The notes: a model not told the origin generated them from the letters alone. A stretch of DNA of 64,000 nt from Terriglobia bacterium (GCA_965223005.1 CBDCVK010000006.1:32001-96000), one strand, 5' to 3'. Shown: positions 41,087-51,001, counted from the stretch's first letter. Translations and numbers: made by a program.

Positions 41087-42099
41087 ATTCCTCCCGGCAG
41101 AACTACGAGATCGAGAAGCTGCCCATTCTCATTCTGTTTCCGCACAGTCGCTGCAATTGCCGTTGCATCATGTGCGACATCTGGAAAATCGAGACTGTCC
41201 GGGAAATCGCCGCCGCCGAGCTAGATCGTCACGCCGGGGACATCGAGGCTCTGGGCGTGGAATGGGTCGTTTTTTCCGGCGGTGAACCGCTCATGCATTC
41301 GGACCTGTTCCGGTTGTGCGAACGCCTCCGGGCGTTGGGAATTCGCACCACGATTCTGACCACCGGCCTTCTGCTCGGTAGGTATTCCCGTCGAATCGTC
41401 GAGCACCTGGACGGCGTAATTGTTTCCCTGGATGGCCCCCCAGAGGTTCACGACCGCATACGTCGTATCCCGCACGCTTTCGACCTCCTGGCGGCAGGCG
41501 TGCGAGCCTTGCGCCGGCTAAGGCCGGAATTCCACGTGGCAGCTCGCTGCACGGTCCAGAAGCAGAACGTCGGCCGTTTAGCGGAAACAGTGAAGGCGGC
41601 GCGTCAGCTCGGCCTGCGATCGATTTCGTTCCTCGCAGCGGATTTGAACTCTACTGCGTTCAATCGGCCGCAGAGCTGGCCAACCGAGCGCCAGGCGGAA
41701 GTCGGCTTGAACACGGAAGAGCTGCTTGTCCTTGAGAAAGAGATAGAGGCGATGATCCGCGATGACGCGGGCTATCTGAAGACCGGATTCATTCTGGAGG
41801 CGCCGGAAAAGTTGCGACGTATCGTCCATCATTTTCGGGCGCACCAGGGTATGGTGGAGCCGGTCGCGCCGCGTTGCAACGCACCATGGGTGTCCGCCGT
41901 TGTGGAATCGGATGGTACAGTTCGCCCCTGTTTCTTTCACCGACCGATTGGTAATCTTGGAGGGCGTTCACTTCGGCAGGTCCTGAACAGCCCAGAGGCC
42001 TTCGAGTTCCGGAGGACCCTGGACATCCCGCGAAATCCTATTTGCCAGCGCTGTGTCTGCTCCCTTTACTTGACATCAAACAAGCCCCTCCCCTCCTGA
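41083..42099 (+). CDS. radical SAM protein with C-terminal Twitch/SPASM-type Fe-S domain
   Basis: CNCRCIMC, SGGEPL, VSLDG; C-terminal CNAPW...DGTVRPC...IGNL...CQRCVC. Confidence 0.92.
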   Translation: MNSSRQNYEIEKLPILILFPHSRCNCRCIMCDIWKIETVREIAAAELDRHAGDIEALGVEWVVFSGGEPLMHSDLFRLCERLRALGIRTTILTTGLLLGRYSRRIVEHLDGVIVSLDGPPEVHDRIRRIPHAFDLLAAGVRALRRLRPEFHVAARCTVQKQNVGRLAETVKAARQLGLRSISFLAADLNSTAFNRPQSWPTERQAEVGLNTEELLVLEKEIEAMIRDDAGYLKTGFILEAPEKLRRIVHHFRAHQGMVEPVAPRCNAPWVSAVVESDGTVRPCFFHRPIGNLGGRSLRQVLNSPEAFEFRRTLDIPRNPICQRCVCSLYLTSNKPLPS

Positions 42100-42558
42100 A
42101 TTCGGCTAGACGCTTGCACGGGAAAGCCAAATAACCTGTTGGACTGCCCAAGCGAAATCACTGTAGCGGGGAGTCAAAGTGCAGGCGGTGAGAAGCTCTC
42201 TGGATGCCGGGCAATTTCTCTCTTCCTCGCGCTATCTTGGCGCCTGGGTACAATTGATTACCCATACTTGCTCGGGCAGTTAGTGTTGTCCCAAAGAATC
42301 TGTCACTCTGGCTGGGCTGGTTGCTTTTTCTTCTCGGCGCCCTCTGTGCTTTCTTCTACGCTTAATACTTGCATGACTGAGGGAGAGAGGGCGATGGCAC
42401 CCTTGCCCTTTCCGACGCCTCTACTTGGCGGTGTTGTGTGAGGGCACAAGCCTAGTTTGGCAGGGCGATATGAGACGCACTCCGGCGCGCCTTTAGGTTG
42501 GTTTTGGAACCAAATGGAACCGAGATGGGGTAGGGAAGACCCCGAAGTGTTTGAAAAA

Positions 42559-42634
42559 TGGTGGCCAGGGACGGAATCGAACCGCCGACGCCAGCCTTTT
42601 CAGGGCTGCGCTCTACCGACTGAGCTACCTGGCC
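42559..42634 (-). tRNA. tRNA-Phe (GAA)
   Basis: GGCCAGGTAGCTCAGTCGGTAGAGC-GCAGCC-CTGAAAA-GGCTG-GCGTCGGCGGTTCGATTCCGTCCCTGGCCACCA; 76-nt cloverleaf with encoded CCA. Confidence 0.97.
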
Positions 42635-42735
42635 CAAAGGGGCCCAAGCATTTTATGTGGCGGGTTGGGAGGCTGTCAAACGGAGGCAGTAACTAGCTTC
42701 GGCCAGCGAGGCTGGCGCCAGCCTTAAAAACGACG

Positions 42736-43542
42736 TTACGTCGGGAAGAATGGGTTCAAAGTGCCGCAAGCGGGACAATCGTAGCGGGGCAAGACCTTGC
42801 CCCGCACGTGCCCCAGTGTGCGCAACCAGGCCGCATCATGGCTGCTGCCGCAGCGGATACAGACGTTGGATTCCGACGGGTCTTCCGAAACTTCCCGACC
42901 GCCCTGACGGCTGAAGTGGAACAGCCAGCCGTAAGTGCTCCAGCGGGTTCCCAGGCGACGGTCGGCGGCCCGGACCAGGGCATTCCAGGCCAGCAGAGTG
43001 ACACGCAGGAAGCGCGGAGGTGCCCAGTTCAAAACCTGCGCCCGACCGCCCCATCGCTGGCCCGGCTGCCGATTCAAAAACGAATAGGAGGAATAGAGCA
43101 AGCGATAGCGCTGGGGCCACAAGCCACCTTCCCGCGCGGCCGCCACCAGCTCCTCCCGACGGAAGCGGTTCACGTGTTCGCGTCCCTTGTCTAGGAAGCG
43201 GAAGAGCGCGGCCGATAGACAGTATCCGTCGGGAACGTTAACCAGCACGATCCCTTCTGGTTTCAAGACGCGGGCCGCTTCGCGCAGAGCGCTTGGCCAA
43301 TTTCGGATGTGCTCCAGGGTGTGGTTGGCGATAATTAGATCGCAGCAAGCATCGGGCAGTGGTAGCGACGCCGCATCTGCTCGCACAAAACCACCCTGAC
43401 GCAGGTGGGGAATTACTGGCGGCGCGCGCAAATCTACACCCACGACGCAGCAGGAGGCAACGGCGTAGGAGAGGCTGCCAGCCCCGCAGCCCAGGTCGAG
43501 CGCCATTTGCTTCGGACCAAGTTGGGCCAGTAGCCGGTTCAC
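42736..43542 (-). CDS. class I SAM-dependent methyltransferase with C-terminal Zn-ribbon
   Basis: LDLGCGAG, ADAASLP, HTLEH; C-terminal CIRC...CPAC. Confidence 0.85.
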   Translation of the reverse strand: MNRLLAQLGPKQMALDLGCGAGSLSYAVASCCVVGVDLRAPPVIPHLRQGGFVRADAASLPLPDACCDLIIANHTLEHIRNWPSALREAARVLKPEGIVLVNVPDGYCLSAALFRFLDKGREHVNRFRREELVAAAREGGLWPQRYRLLYSSYSFLNRQPGQRWGGRAQVLNWAPPRFLRVTLLAWNALVRAADRRLGTRWSTYGWLFHFSRQGGREVSEDPSESNVCIRCGSSHDAAWLRTLGHVRGKVLPRYDCPACGTLNPFFPT

Positions 43543-43768
43543 GCGCCGATTCTACGCCAGGTTCCCCTCAGGCGCTGCTGCCTTCGATCCTCCGATAAGC
43601 ACGATTGCCTTTCGCAAGCTTCTTCCTGGCGCATCGGCGGGGCTGTCGGTGCGTCACAAGCGTGTTGGACCTCTCGTACTACCTCAAAATGAGCCTTTCG
43701 GCCTATAGCGTTACTGACCTACGCGTGTCAAAAAAGAAACAGGCTGCCGGTCCTGGAGGTAGGCTGCA

Positions 43769-43984
43769 ATGAAGTTAACTCACGAAGAGGTGCGAGAGTG
43801 GTTTGTGATGCGCGACCATGTGCGGAGGGTAGTGCAGCAGCTGGAAGTGTGTAATCGCTGCTGGCGAGTGCGCGATCAGGCCCACTTGATCCGGATCGCT
43901 GGACTGCATTGTTGCAGCCCGGATGATGAGGAAGGCTGCCTGAGCCCTCGGGCAACGCGCAGAGTCCGAGCTCGGACAGCCTGA
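43769..43984 (+). CDS. small Cys-containing hypothetical protein
   Basis: 71 aa; GGAGG SD upstream; CNRC and HCC motifs; occupies an otherwise empty intergenic gap. Confidence 0.5.
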   Translation: MKLTHEEVREWFVMRDHVRRVVQQLEVCNRCWRVRDQAHLIRIAGLHCCSPDDEEGCLSPRATRRVRARTA

Positions 43985-44115
43985 CTCCTTCCGAGCTGCG
44001 CCCAGTTGCGTCTGCGGCGGCAGGCTACGCACCTCTTTCATTTGGATACTCCCGCGCCGGACGATTCATCGAGAAACAGTTGTGGTAGGAGGCCAGCCAG
44101 ACCAATTGTTTCCGG

Positions 44116-46440
44116 TTAGCGTATCTGCTGGTCCACTTCGGCCAGCCATGCGGGCCGGCTGAGAACCTCGCGGGGTTTGCTTCCGTCGGGGGGCCCGATG
44201 ATGCCATCCCTCTGCATCATATCCAGCAGGCGGGCGGCACGGCCGTAGCCCAGTCGTAGGCGGCGCTGCAAGATGGAGGTGGAGGCCTTCCCCATCTCAA
44301 CGATCATCCGCACCGCTTCGTCGTAGAGTGGGTCATCGCCGGCTCCCGATTCTTCGCCACCCTCGGCCTCTTCTCCCTCTTCGGCCGGGGACGCCAGATA
44401 CTGGTGTTCATAGGTGGGCTTGGACTGGGCCCGCCAGAACTCCACCACGTCGGCGATTTCCTTCTCAGTCACCAGCGGTCCATGCACTCGCAGCAGGCGA
44501 GCCGAGCCTGGCGGCAAGTACAACATGTCGCCGCGGCCCAACAACGCCTCGGCTCCGTTGCTATCAAGGATGGTGCGAGAGTCCACCTTGGTGGCTACCC
44601 GGAACGAGATACGGGCCGGGAAGTTCGCTTTGATCAGGCCGGTGATGACGTCCACACTGGGCCGCTGTGTGGCGAGGATCAGGTGGATGCCGACGGCGCG
44701 AGCCATTTGGGCCAGCCGGGTGATGGATTCTTCCACGTTGCGCGAGTCTATCAGCATCAGGTCAGCCAGCTCGTCAATCACAATGACCACGTAGGGCAGC
44801 GGCCGCTCCGGCTCACCCTTCGGGTCAAACAAGCTGAGCGTCGCGGGACGCTCGAAGAGCCGGTTGTACTGATCGATGTGGCGAACCCCCTTCTCTGCCA
44901 GCAGCTTCAGTCGCCGTTCCATCTCCCGGACGGCATTGCGCAGCGCGTTCGCAGCCTGTTTCGGCTCGGTGATGATCGGCGTCATCAGATGTGGAACGCC
45001 CTCATACAGCCCTAGTTCCAGACGCTTGGGATCCACCAGAATCAGGCGAACCTGGTCGGGAGTGGACTTATAGAGGAAGGAAACAATGAAGGAGTTGATG
45101 GCCACGCTCTTGCCCGTGCCGGTGGAGCCGGCAATCAGTAAGTGCGGCATGGAGGCTAGGTCAGCGATGCGAATGCGCCCGTTAATGTCCTTACCCAGCG
45201 CCATGGTCAGGCGCGATGGTGAGTCGGCGAACTCCGCGGTTTGCAAAATGTCGCGCAGGTAGATGGTGGCACGGTGTGAGTTGGGTACTTCGATACCAAC
45301 CGTAGACTTGCCGGGGATGCGCTCGATCAAGATGGATTCTGCCTGCAGCGCCAGGCACAGGTCATCTACGAGGTTAGTTATTCGGCTGTACTTGACTCCA
45401 GCTTCCGGCTTGAATTCGAACGTGGTGACCACTGGGCCAGGGTTTACCTGAGTGACTGTGCCCGTCACTCCAAACTCTTCGCACTTCATCTTCAGCAGGG
45501 CGGCTAGGTGCTTCAGCCCCTCCTCCTCAATCCCTTCGGCTGGATCGGACTCCCGCAACAACGCCAGCGATGGCATCCGGAAGCCGCCAGCGATTCTTGG
45601 CGCCAGCCCGAGGCGGCGGGGTGGGGAAGCGGACTCGGACGCCGCATTTCCGAGTGTGTCCGGGAGTTCCGCAGAGGATTGCACCGTTGATGCAACCAGC
45701 GGGCGTGAGGCGGGCGGTTGGATTGTGCCGCTAGATGGTACACGGGGGTTCTCAGGCACACCCGACTGAACAGCCACAGGCCGGCCCTTGGCCCGCAACC
45801 TTTCTAGCCGCGCCCGCAGTCTTGCCTTTTGGTGCGCTTCCCGCCAGCTCTGCCAGCGCTCCCGTAGCTGGCTCAGCCGGCCCAGCCAAGCCAAACGAAC
45901 TCGCACCTGCGAGATGGAGAGTGCGGTCAGCAGGTAGAGCGAGCCGACGAAGCTCAGGGCCAGCAGGACCAGCGTACCGGTCAGGTTCAACAGGTGCAGC
46001 GAAGCGGAAGCCAGTAGCGTGCCGGCTAAGCCGCCGGGTGCGATGGCTCCCTGCCAGCGCCAGGACCATCTCCCGAACACTTCGGGTAGCGCCAAGCCGC
46101 CGCATAGCGCCGTGACCAGCAGCAGAGCCCCGGCTGTTCGTGCCCAGCCAGGGCCGGCCGGCTGTCCAACAGGCCTGCGCCAGTTCGCCACCGGGGCGGC
46201 CAGCAGTCCCACCGGGATCAGAAAAGCCACCAATCCCAGAACCTGCAATAGCAGGTCCGCGACGTAGGAACCTACGAGCCCCACCAAGTTCTGCACAGGC
46301 TGGTGGGGCGGGGGCGCCGAGTTCAGGGATGGGTCAAAAGGATGGTAAGAGACGAGCGCCAGCGCCACGAGCAACCCGAAGGCGCCGTAGACGAATGCAA
46401 ACAGTTCTTGAAACCTGCGGCTCTTCCCAGTGTCGGGCAA
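44116..46440 (-). CDS. ftsK: DNA translocase FtsK
   Basis: N-terminal TM region, GPVVTTFE, MPHLLIAGSTGTGKS, VIDELADLM, ATQRPSVDVITG, gamma domain LQRRLRLGYGRAARL. Confidence 0.97.
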   Translation of the reverse strand: MPDTGKSRRFQELFAFVYGAFGLLVALALVSYHPFDPSLNSAPPPHQPVQNLVGLVGSYVADLLLQVLGLVAFLIPVGLLAAPVANWRRPVGQPAGPGWARTAGALLLVTALCGGLALPEVFGRWSWRWQGAIAPGGLAGTLLASASLHLLNLTGTLVLLALSFVGSLYLLTALSISQVRVRLAWLGRLSQLRERWQSWREAHQKARLRARLERLRAKGRPVAVQSGVPENPRVPSSGTIQPPASRPLVASTVQSSAELPDTLGNAASESASPPRRLGLAPRIAGGFRMPSLALLRESDPAEGIEEEGLKHLAALLKMKCEEFGVTGTVTQVNPGPVVTTFEFKPEAGVKYSRITNLVDDLCLALQAESILIERIPGKSTVGIEVPNSHRATIYLRDILQTAEFADSPSRLTMALGKDINGRIRIADLASMPHLLIAGSTGTGKSVAINSFIVSFLYKSTPDQVRLILVDPKRLELGLYEGVPHLMTPIITEPKQAANALRNAVREMERRLKLLAEKGVRHIDQYNRLFERPATLSLFDPKGEPERPLPYVVIVIDELADLMLIDSRNVEESITRLAQMARAVGIHLILATQRPSVDVITGLIKANFPARISFRVATKVDSRTILDSNGAEALLGRGDMLYLPPGSARLLRVHGPLVTEKEIADVVEFWRAQSKPTYEHQYLASPAEEGEEAEGGEESGAGDDPLYDEAVRMIVEMGKASTSILQRRLRLGYGRAARLLDMMQRDGIIGPPDGSKPREVLSRPAWLAEVDQQIR

Positions 46441-47319
46441 CTACGGAGCCGAGGAAAAAATCGCCAGTACTAGAATCATAAGCCCAAAGACCACCCGATA
46501 GTAAATAAAAATCTTTAGGGTCCGCGTCTGCAGGTACCGGATAAAGAACGCAATCACGGCGTACCCCACCAGGGCAGCTACAGCTATTCCCAACAGGAAA
46601 GGCAGGCGCATCTGGTCAGGAACGCCGGTGCTCCACAGCCCCACGCTTTCCTTGACGACTGCACCGGCGATGACAGGGGTAGCCAGCAAGAAGGAGAACC
46701 GCGCCGAAGAGTCGCGCCGGTAGTGGCGAAGAAGGGCGGCGGTGATGGTGATGCCAGACCGGGACACGCCGGGAATCAGCGCCAGCGCCTGTGCCAGGCC
46801 TACCAACAGGGTGTCGCTCAGGCCCAGGTCCTTCAACCCGTGGAGCTGCCGGGCCACGCGCTCCCCGTAGGCCATCAGGAACGCGACCAGTATCAGCGAG
46901 GCGGCCATCACGTAGGGCGAGCGCAGTGTGGTCCTGACGTGGTGTTCGAGGGAGTAGCCCACCACCGCTGCGGGAATGGTCCCCAAGGCCAGCAGCCAGA
47001 GCAGGCGGCGGTCGGCCACCGCCTCGTCATCCTCCGCCGGCGCGCCATCCAGCAAGCCCGTGCGGCGGGCCGGCCCCCGGGCTGGCTCCACCGGCGGTTT
47101 CAGTCCGAGTCCGGCAAACACGATGCGGACCCACAGGCGCCAGAAGTAAACCAGGACGGCCACCAGCGTCCCCAGGTGCAACGCAACGTTAAAGGTGAGT
47201 CCTGGATCGCGCCAGTTGAGCAGCCAGGGGACCAGAGCCAAGTGGGCGGTGCTGGAGACGGGAAGGAACTCGGTGAGGGCCTGAACCACCGCCAGGATCA
47301 CCACCTGATGAATCGGCAT
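46441..47319 (-). CDS. uppP: undecaprenyl-diphosphate phosphatase
   Basis: QALTEFLPVSSTAHL, LHLGT, PGVSRSGIT, ARFSFLLATP. Confidence 0.95.
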   Translation of the reverse strand: MPIHQVVILAVVQALTEFLPVSSTAHLALVPWLLNWRDPGLTFNVALHLGTLVAVLVYFWRLWVRIVFAGLGLKPPVEPARGPARRTGLLDGAPAEDDEAVADRRLLWLLALGTIPAAVVGYSLEHHVRTTLRSPYVMAASLILVAFLMAYGERVARQLHGLKDLGLSDTLLVGLAQALALIPGVSRSGITITAALLRHYRRDSSARFSFLLATPVIAGAVVKESVGLWSTGVPDQMRLPFLLGIAVAALVGYAVIAFFIRYLQTRTLKIFIYYRVVFGLMILVLAIFSSAP

Positions 47320-47347
47320 TCGGCAAAAGGGAGTGTAAAGTTAGCAG

Positions 47348-47668
47348 TTACTTGGCGACCAGCCGCCCTATGTAGCTTTCCAGTGCAGCAGGCGTCTCCA
47401 GGAATCTTGCAGCCACCGCCTGTTCGTAGGCGCGAACCACTTGCACTCCGGCGGAGATTGTATCCGATGCCCCCTCCAAGTCTAGTCGTAACACCCCCTC
47501 CGACCTCACTGTCGGCGCCCGTTCAGCAGTAAACAGAATGCCACCCAGGCCGAGGTTCGCCGGCTTGCCTACATACTTCTGCTCGCCGATCGTCAGCGTC
47601 AGAGTGCCCTCTACAGGGTAGCGGATATGTCGACGCCGTTCGGCCCTCCGCGCGCTCTCACCAGACAT
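47348..47668 (-). CDS. PilZ domain protein
   Basis: ERRRHIR (RxxxR), NLGLGG. Start at ATG 47668 after GGAGG. Confidence 0.8.
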   Translation of the reverse strand: MSGESARRAERRRHIRYPVEGTLTLTIGEQKYVGKPANLGLGGILFTAERAPTVRSEGVLRLDLEGASDTISAGVQVVRAYEQAVAARFLETPAALESYIGRLVAK

Positions 47669-47868
47669 GCCATTGACCTCCATGCCGAGTTCGATCAGGA
47701 GCAATCCTGCGAGGTGTAGGTAGAGACGAAACTTTCTTCCACACACCTCGGAGACTCACACGCCACTCCGCCTCCATCCGCCATCACTCGCCGCCACGGC
47801 GCCAGCGTCCACCCGTGGCCGATGGCCGCGCGAGTGAATAAAGGGTGTAAGGATGTTTGTGTTCGCGG

Positions 47869-49998
47869 TCAAATCCCCGCCGCTTGGTGCAGGCGTCCCG
47901 CAATAAACTTCCCTGCCGCCTCGCTATCGAGCGGCTTGGAGAGAAGATATCCCTGCCCATATTTACATCCCAGTTCCCTGAGTTGCGACAGTTGCTCCGC
48001 CGTTTCGACGCCTTCCGCGACCACATCAATGCCCAAATCACGGGCAAGAGTCATGATGGTGCGGACCACCTCCGGCTTTTCGAGCCCAGTGCGCGTCCCG
48101 CTGACAAAGGAACGGTCGATCTTTAACACATCAATGGGAAGGCGGTGCAGATAACTCAAGGAGGAATAGCCTGTACCAAAATCATCCATGGAGGACTGAA
48201 TCCCCAAGGCTTTCAGTTGCTGGAGCATGATGATCACCGATTCAATATTTTCCATGATCACGCTTTCGGTGATCTCCAGCTTCAAACTTCTCCCGTCCAG
48301 TGAGAACTGTTGCAGGATTTGAGTGATCTGGTCAACGAAATCAGGTTGCGAAAGCTGTTTGCCGGAAAAATTGACGTTCACAGGCACGGCCGTGCCAAAT
48401 CGGACCTGCCAGGCACACATCTGATGGCACGCCTCCTCGAGAGCCCACCGGCCGATGGGAATGATCAATCGGGTTTCTTCCGCGAGCGGGACGAACTCTG
48501 CAGGCGAAACAAAGCCACGTACCGGATGCTCCCAACGCAGAAGAGCCTCCAGTCCGATCACTTTAGCGGTTTCCAGCAACACAATGGGCTGGTAGTGAAG
48601 CCGGAACTCTTTCCGCTCCAGGGCGCGTCGCAGGTCGTGGTCCAGCTGCAAGAGTGCTACCGCACGCACGTGCATGGCCGTGTCAAACATCGAGTAGCAG
48701 GCCCTGCCCAGCGCCTTAGCACGATACATGGCTGTGTCCGTGTCGCGCAGGAACTCTTCTGGGTGGGTGTAACCCGTGGAACTCAGGGCAATTCCAATGC
48801 TCGAGGTGGTAAAGACCTCATGCCCGTCAACCTGGAAAGGGGCCCTCAAATCCTTGTGGACGCGCTCGGCAACACGGGTAGCATCGGTCTCGTCTCTAAT
48901 GTCCTCAAGGAACATTGTGAACTCGTCTCCCCCCAGACGGGCAACCGTATCCCATTGGGAGCGCAGGCACTTCTCCAGCCTTCGAGCCACCGCCCGAAGC
49001 AATTCATCGCCGATATTGTGTCCCAGGCTCTCGTTGACCAGCTTGAAGCGGTCCAGGTCCAGAAAGAGCACGGCGAAAAGGTAATCCGGATGTCGAATCC
49101 GGCGCTTCAGCGCGCGCTCGAGGCGGTCCAGTAGCAAAGCGCGGTTGGCAAGGCCCGTCAGCTCGTCGGAGAACGCATTGCGGACTAATTGCTCCTCGGC
49201 CCGTTTCCGCTCGGTGATATCCACGCGGGCCGTACGCATCCCGGTCACGGCACCTTTCGCATCGCGGATCAAGCTCTGATGGATTTCCACGGTGAGCGGT
49301 GCGCCGTCCCGGCGGATGTCTGTCCGATGAACGATCTCAAGTGGCTGTTCCCCGCGGATCTTTCGGCGAAAGGCCTGTCGAGCTGGTTCACGTTCTTCCG
49401 GTGCTATAAAGTCCCAGGTGTATTTGCCCAGGATTTCTTCGGCTTCGTAGCCGAGCAGAGTGCACTCAGCCCGGTTGACACGGAGCACGATACCCTCACA
49501 GTCAATCTCGTGGTAGGCCACCGGCGCTTCTTCAAACAGGCCCCGGAAACGTTCTTCGCTTACCCGCAGTGCCTCCTCCGTCCTCTCGCCCTCGGTGATT
49601 TCCACCGTCAGCCGCTCTCCCAAGTCACGCAGTTGCCCGATCCCAGCGCCAATTAACACTGCCATGGCCGACCCGGGCCCTCCTCCGTGCTGGAATACCG
49701 CGTCCCAGCCTTCTAGCCCGACAAAATTGAAAAGAAGCGTGTTGAGCGGGAGGCTAAGAAACCCGACAATCAAACCGCCCCGTAATCCCCAGAGCCATGC
49801 CAGCGCAATCACTGGGGCTGTGGCCAGCGCGGCCGTTCCTGGACCAGTCAGCCGGTACAATGGGAAAAACGCGAAAACATAGGCGCCTATAGCAGCCAGG
49901 CTGAATAGCACCCGCCGGAGTGGAGACTGCGCATCAAAGCGCCATGAGCGCCTGCGCTCGCAGGGTACGGTTGCCCGTCTGGGGGAAGACGAGTTCAC
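47869..49998 (-). CDS. membrane-anchored PAS-GGDEF-EAL diguanylate cyclase/phosphodiesterase
   Basis: N-terminal TMs, PAS, DELTGLANR, DLDRFK, RLGGDEF, EALLRW, EITES, DDFGTGYSS, KIDRSF, EGVE, QGY. Confidence 0.95.
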   Translation of the reverse strand: MNSSSPRRATVPCERRRSWRFDAQSPLRRVLFSLAAIGAYVFAFFPLYRLTGPGTAALATAPVIALAWLWGLRGGLIVGFLSLPLNTLLFNFVGLEGWDAVFQHGGGPGSAMAVLIGAGIGQLRDLGERLTVEITEGERTEEALRVSEERFRGLFEEAPVAYHEIDCEGIVLRVNRAECTLLGYEAEEILGKYTWDFIAPEEREPARQAFRRKIRGEQPLEIVHRTDIRRDGAPLTVEIHQSLIRDAKGAVTGMRTARVDITERKRAEEQLVRNAFSDELTGLANRALLLDRLERALKRRIRHPDYLFAVLFLDLDRFKLVNESLGHNIGDELLRAVARRLEKCLRSQWDTVARLGGDEFTMFLEDIRDETDATRVAERVHKDLRAPFQVDGHEVFTTSSIGIALSSTGYTHPEEFLRDTDTAMYRAKALGRACYSMFDTAMHVRAVALLQLDHDLRRALERKEFRLHYQPIVLLETAKVIGLEALLRWEHPVRGFVSPAEFVPLAEETRLIIPIGRWALEEACHQMCAWQVRFGTAVPVNVNFSGKQLSQPDFVDQITQILQQFSLDGRSLKLEITESVIMENIESVIIMLQQLKALGIQSSMDDFGTGYSSLSYLHRLPIDVLKIDRSFVSGTRTGLEKPEVVRTIMTLARDLGIDVVAEGVETAEQLSQLRELGCKYGQGYLLSKPLDSEAAGKFIAGRLHQAAGI

Positions 49999-51001
49999 AA
50001 TGCTCCTGATTGGCCCCAGGAATCCGTTGGTAATGATATCTATGCTCGCGACCGATCATACCCTGAATCCTGAACATGCCCGATTCGAATCCTCGATGAG
50101 TCGTATCGACAGACTAAATAAGCAAGCCCGGCTGCTGATCATGCCCGCTGAATCGGCATCAGCCAAGCGCAGGCTTTCTTCGCTCAGAACTTGCTCAAGG
50201 CGACTTCGATCTGGGAGAACACACCGATATTATTCTCGAGCGACCACAGCAACCGCTCGGCGCGCGCTGCCCATGATGCATCGAAGCTCACCGCACCGGG
50301 GCCAAGCAAAGTTTCGACTGCCTGGCGGGCTTGTTGCTTATGCCGAACCGCCTTTTCCGCGCTGAAGTGGGTTTTGCCCTGCTGTAAGTAGATTTCCACC
50401 AGCGCCGCATGCCGGTAGGCCAGCGCATAGCGCAGCTCAGTGGTGCGCTCGGAGTCCGGATAATCTTCCAGGTAGCGAGTGATCAACCCGATCTCGACTT
50501 CCGGGCAGCCCGGCGTTGATTCCCAATAGTCGCACAGGTTGGTCCGAAGCAGGAGAAAGGCGGCCTCGGCGCCGGCCCGCGTCTTGGGATAGGAGCGCAC
50601 TACCCGCTGCAGTTCCATTACGGTGCCCGTGGGGTTGATGCTGCCTATGGTGCGGGTTTCAATGCGCCAAGACAGCTCTGCTGCGCGCCACCGGGCCTCC
50701 GGCACATAGGGACCGTCTGGGACAACGGATGCCGCCCTCCGGAACAGCCGGGCGGCCGCGATCCAGGTCTGGGCTGAATCTTCCTCTGCCAGTGCCTCAG
50801 CGGCATGGAACAGCAGCCCGGGAGCGCGCGGATTGTTGTCCAGGACCACAAGGCCGATGGCCAGCGTCCAGCCCCGTTCCCCCCTTGGCGCCGTCACTTG
50901 CAGGAATGCGTCTTCGCGTCCCGTCACCGAGACCTGCTCGTCGAGCGCCAGGCGGCCCACGGTCTTGCTCTCCAGGTCTGCTTTTCGGTAGAGGTGCTGA
51001 T

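Noticed and set aside
42139-42441. 100-aa ORF after the radical SAM operon as a candidate precursor
   Set aside because: TTG start without an SD, no leader/core pattern, and composition looks non-coding.
50140-50165. GCTGAATC motif reminiscent of the c-di-AMP (ydaO) riboswitch
   Set aside because: The rest of the consensus is missing and there is no downstream gene on that strand.
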